Below, one piece after another: positions 24,308-25,028 of a stretch of 25,028 nt of DNA. The number at the start of each line of letters is the position of its first letter. The stretch's first letter is position 1. Made by a program: the position numbers and the translations under genes. A model generated the notes under the pieces. The model did no database searches. It worked only from the letters and a program-made list of their open reading frames with translations, and was not told the DNA's origin. The stretch is from Candidatus Woesearchaeota archaeon. Its GTDB lineage: Archaea; Nanobdellota; Nanobdellia; Pacearchaeales; GW2011-AR1. The DNA lies in NCBI GenBank assembly GCA_964362065.1, contig CAYIDE010000001.1:1-25028 (forward strand), in the 5' to 3' direction.

Positions 24308-24366
24308 TTTAATTTTTTCATCGCCTTATAGGAGTTCAATTAATATAAAGTATCAATTATGGCCAT
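24308..24366 (-). pseudogene. Remnant of a VapC/PIN toxin gene (N-terminal ~20 codons)
   Basis: ATG GCC ATA ATT GAT ACT (MAIIDT) overlaps the antitoxin stop. After a 1-nt frameshift the sequence reads ILIELL*GDEKIK, then runs into the 5S terminator. Confidence 0.65.
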
Positions 24367-24619
24367 AGAGTTGAACCCATAATTTTTTCATCTTTTCTCG
24401 AGCATCTTTATCTACCTTATTTCTACCTTCTTTAACTTTTTTTCTTATGATGTCAAGTTCTTTGCTTGAATTTTTCAAAGCTCCGAAAAAACGTGAGAGA
24501 TTGCCTATTTCATCATTTGAAATTCTTAAGATGCTTTCACTAAAACTTTCCTCTTCCTTCTTCAGCCCCTTTAAGGTATTATAGGCATTTTCAGTTACTG
24601 TAATAGTTTTAACTGCCAT
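24353..24619 (-). CDS. Archaeal VapB-type antitoxin (DUF217/COG1753-like)
   Basis: MAVKTITVTENAYNTLKGLKKEEESFSESILRI matches the KTItIseeaYxxLxxLKxxxESFSdvIxR pattern. Start 24619 is preferred to 24649, which would run through the operator. Confidence 0.85.
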   Translation of the reverse strand: MAVKTITVTENAYNTLKGLKKEEESFSESILRISNDEIGNLSRFFGALKNSSKELDIIRKKVKEGRNKVDKDAREKMKKLWVQLYGHN

Positions 24620-24622
24620 AGT

Positions 24623-24646
24623 ATGTTTATGTTTAAACATAAACAT
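24623..24646. promoter_or_regulatory. Perfect 24-bp palindromic operator upstream of the VapB-type antitoxin
   Basis: ATGTTTATGTTTAAACATAAACAT is its own reverse complement. It lies between the TATA box (24652-24659) and the ATG (24619). Confidence 0.82.
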
Positions 24647-24718
24647 CATTATATTTAAATCATTCTACAGGTTTAATTACTTTTCTCAGGTAAAGAGAGT
24701 AATTTTCCAGTCCTTATC

Positions 24719-25027
24719 TTATTCTGAAAGAGCAAAACTTCGCGCATCTCTGTCTTTTTCTGCCTGCCTGCGCAGAAGTTCATAAGACATGCTAAACAAA
24801 ATAATTCCGTCTGAAATTATTTTAGTCTTATCTTTTTTAATAAGATTGCCTGCTACCTTTAAACTTCTATTTATTGAACTAAAAAGAATTGGATTTTCAT
24901 TTTTTACCCTAATAAGATTACTCTTATAAAATCCTTCCAGGCCTTTAGACCCCATAATATCATACACTTCTATTATATCATGATTAAAAGAATCAATAGT
25001 ATCTTGAGACACTTTAGGAAAACAGGG
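24719..25027 (-). CDS. Hypothetical protein, probably 5'-truncated by the window edge
   Basis: The frame is open beyond the listed GTG at 25012 (PCFPKV...) to the window end. No motif recognised. Confidence 0.55.
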   Translation of the reverse strand, partial: PCFPKVSQDTIDSFNHDIIEVYDIMGSKGLEGFYKSNLIRVKNENPILFSSINRSLKVAGNLIKKDKTKIISDGIILFSMSYELLRRQAEKDRDARSFALSE

Positions 25028-25028
25028 T

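Noticed and set aside
24310-24392. 13-bp direct repeat TAATTTTTTCATC at 24310 and 24380
   Set aside because: Low complexity, and it does not bound the deleted part of the toxin gene; probably coincidental Lys-rich coding.

Overview
AT-rich archaeal chromosome segment. A tRNA intron with a strict bulge-helix-bulge, TATA boxes about 22-33 nt before most genes, secF-secD order, tRNAs without encoded CCA and a stand-alone 5S rRNA all point to an archaeon. A DPANN lineage (Pacearchaeota/Woesearchaeota-like) is my inference, not a database result. Bases 1-19.7 kb form a surface-glycan island. It encodes a P-loop kinase, HAD phosphatase, SAM methyltransferase, two separate split and truncated thiamine-diphosphate (ThDP) enzyme pairs, two SDR epimerases/dehydratases, a nucleotidyltransferase-PfkB kinase fusion, two tandem DegT-family aminotransferases, a radical SAM enzyme with a twitch/SPASM-like tail, a Nudix hydrolase, a Wzx-like flippase, a GT2 and a GT-C glycosyltransferase. 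In the middle of the island lies a 931-aa membrane-anchored repeat protein with about 70 N-glycosylation sequons. Downstream are secFD, tRNA-Gly(TCC, 30-nt intron), tRNA-Arg(CCT), an intact MazEF-type toxin-antitoxin pair with a palindromic operator, tRNA-Leu(CAA), 5S rRNA, and an orphan VapB-type antitoxin with a perfect 24-bp operator palindrome and a decayed vapC remnant. Best candidate for an undescribed system: a pathway for an unusual (carbon-extended or branched, aminated, methylated) sugar, with lipid-linked transfer machinery and its probable hyper-glycosylated substrate in the same locus. All family calls are by motif recognition; no searches were run.
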